IMG/VR virus record: IMGVR_UViG_3300016476_001164
Coordinates: 1 to 37,059 of that record
Strand: one strand, 5' to 3'
DNA length: 37,059 nt
From: a virus
Lineage: Duplodnaviria > Caudoviricetes
Shown: piece by piece, positions 36,029 through 37,059 of the stretch
Position numbering within the stretch: the stretch's first letter is position 1
How the letters are laid out: each line of letters begins with the position of its first letter
Position numbers and translations under genes: made by a program
The notes under the pieces: model-generated
What the model was told of the DNA's origin: nothing
The model's database searches: none
Seen by the model: the letters and a program-made list of their open reading frames with translations, nothing else

Positions 36029-36055
36029 ACTTTTTAATTTTTCTTAATATAAATA
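36027..36055 (+). promoter_or_regulatory. AAACTT-N15-TATAAATA putative phage promoter
   Basis: Same spacing as the FKBP element. Confidence 0.5.
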
Positions 36056-36100
36056 GAAGTGTTTGGAACTAACCAAACATTAAAAAAATAAATATTAAAA

Positions 36101-36616
36101 ATGAAGAAAATTTTATTAATTTTAGTAGCAATGTTAAGCTTAACATCAACTGCACAAACAGGTTTCAAAAAAGCTGACAAATTTGTTGAAGGAAGTTTCT
36201 CTTATGAGAAAACTAAAGGATTAGATGCAACTTACACATTTGCACCAACACTTGGTTACTTATTAACAGACAAAACTGCAGTAGGTGTTTCAGTTGAGAC
36301 AGGTAACACTGTAACAGAAGGTAAACATTTTTGTACAACAGTATTTGCAAGACACTACTTTTTAAATTTAGGACAAAACTTTAAAGTTTATTCTCAATTA
36401 GGAGTAGCTAATCACAATGAAGCAGATACTAAAGCTTATTTCTCTACCGATTTAGGATTAGGATTAAATTACTTTGCAACAAAAAATTTAGCACTTACTA
36501 CAAGTGTTGCAACTTTAGCAAGTTATGATGATTCTAAATCTCAATTTAAAGTAGGATTTGATGGTGTAGATAACCCATTAAATGCTCTTAAATTTGGAGT
36601 TCTTTACAGATTCTAA
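36101..36616 (+). CDS. Small outer-membrane beta-barrel protein (Bacteroidota type)
   Basis: Signal peptide ending STA-Q; alternating amphipathic strands; C-terminal FGVLYRF beta-signal. Confidence 0.85.
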   Translation: MKKILLILVAMLSLTSTAQTGFKKADKFVEGSFSYEKTKGLDATYTFAPTLGYLLTDKTAVGVSVETGNTVTEGKHFCTTVFARHYFLNLGQNFKVYSQLGVANHNEADTKAYFSTDLGLGLNYFATKNLALTTSVATLASYDDSKSQFKVGFDGVDNPLNALKFGVLYRF

Positions 36617-36639
36617 TAAATTAATTATTTAGAATAAAT

Positions 36640-36668
36640 AAACCCACTAAAAAATTAGTGGGTTTTTT
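36640..36668 (+). terminator. Intrinsic terminator
   Basis: aaacccactaa-aaaa-ttagtgggtttttt. Confidence 0.85.
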
Positions 36669-36718
36669 GTATTTTATTCATTTTCATGATTTTATATATA
36701 AAAGAAAAAATAAATATC

Positions 36719-37036
36719 ATGGCAGAAGAAGTTAAAAAACTAGGTTTCTTTGGGAAAATTAAATGGTTCTTCACTGAATTGATGAAAATCTATTCTAATG
36801 AACCTTCTTATTTCTCTAAAAAAAGAGTTGAGTCAGGAATTGGATTTGTAATTGCTGAATGGGGTATGATTTACTTTATATTGCAGAAAATTGATAAAAT
36901 GACAGTAACAGATTTTGCAATCTGGGCATCTATTCAATTTGTAGTTGCAGGATATATGGTAAACCAAATTCAAAAGGAAAAAGCAGCAGATACAAGTAAT
37001 TCAGTTGATGCTACAATGCAAGAAAATCAACAATAA
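36719..37036 (+). CDS. Small two-TM membrane protein (possible holin)
   Basis: SKKRVES followed by two hydrophobic helices; TTATATATA at 36692-36700 supports the start at MAEEV. Confidence 0.6.
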   Translation: MAEEVKKLGFFGKIKWFFTELMKIYSNEPSYFSKKRVESGIGFVIAEWGMIYFILQKIDKMTVTDFAIWASIQFVVAGYMVNQIQKEKAADTSNSVDATMQENQQ

Positions 37037-37059
37037 AAAAAAACCACTCATTTGAGTGG
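37037..37059. terminator. Probable intrinsic terminator, truncated by the window edge
   Basis: A-run, ccactca-tt-tgagtgg. Confidence 0.6.

Noticed and set aside
1-37059. Stop-codon reassignment as in some large Bacteroidota phages
   Set aside because: Standard-code ORFs tile the window densely and recognisable proteins are full length, so no recoding is needed.
1-37059. CRISPR array, tRNA, rRNA or long ncRNA
   Set aside because: No repeat-spacer series or cloverleaf seen; intergenic gaps are short and mostly explained by promoters and terminators. No covariance search was run.

Overview
Gene-dense, very AT-rich segment of a large T4-related tailed phage genome (jumbo/huge-phage type). It most likely infects a Bacteroidota host: it has TAnnTTTG sigma-A boxes, a Bacteroidota-style ClpP, an outer-membrane beta-barrel and a secreted lectin. 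Recognisable genes are a UvsW-like helicase, gp61-like primase, gp5-like baseplate spike, gp53-like wedge, ClpP, FKBP PPIase, N4/N6 DNA methylase, DHH, HAD and calcineurin-like phosphoesterases, a putative amidoligase, three peptidoglycan hydrolases (GH108, GH19, CHAP-like) and two free-standing endonucleases. The most striking unexplained structure is a set of short peptide tags shared by unrelated proteins, each tied to a promoter class. (1) About nine proteins start with a T4 capsid-targeting-like leader (MKYLKxF..E / MKRFLEFINE) and sit in units driven by a TAATATATA box. (2) Five other proteins carry R[DEN]xK[IL]xx[IL][LG] and sit behind host-type TAnnTTTG or AAACTT-N14/15-TATAAA promoters. 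(3) Two different cell-wall hydrolases share an EYxExxFAGxEE motif. No CRISPR array, tRNA or rRNA was seen. All family calls come from motifs read by eye, not from database searches.
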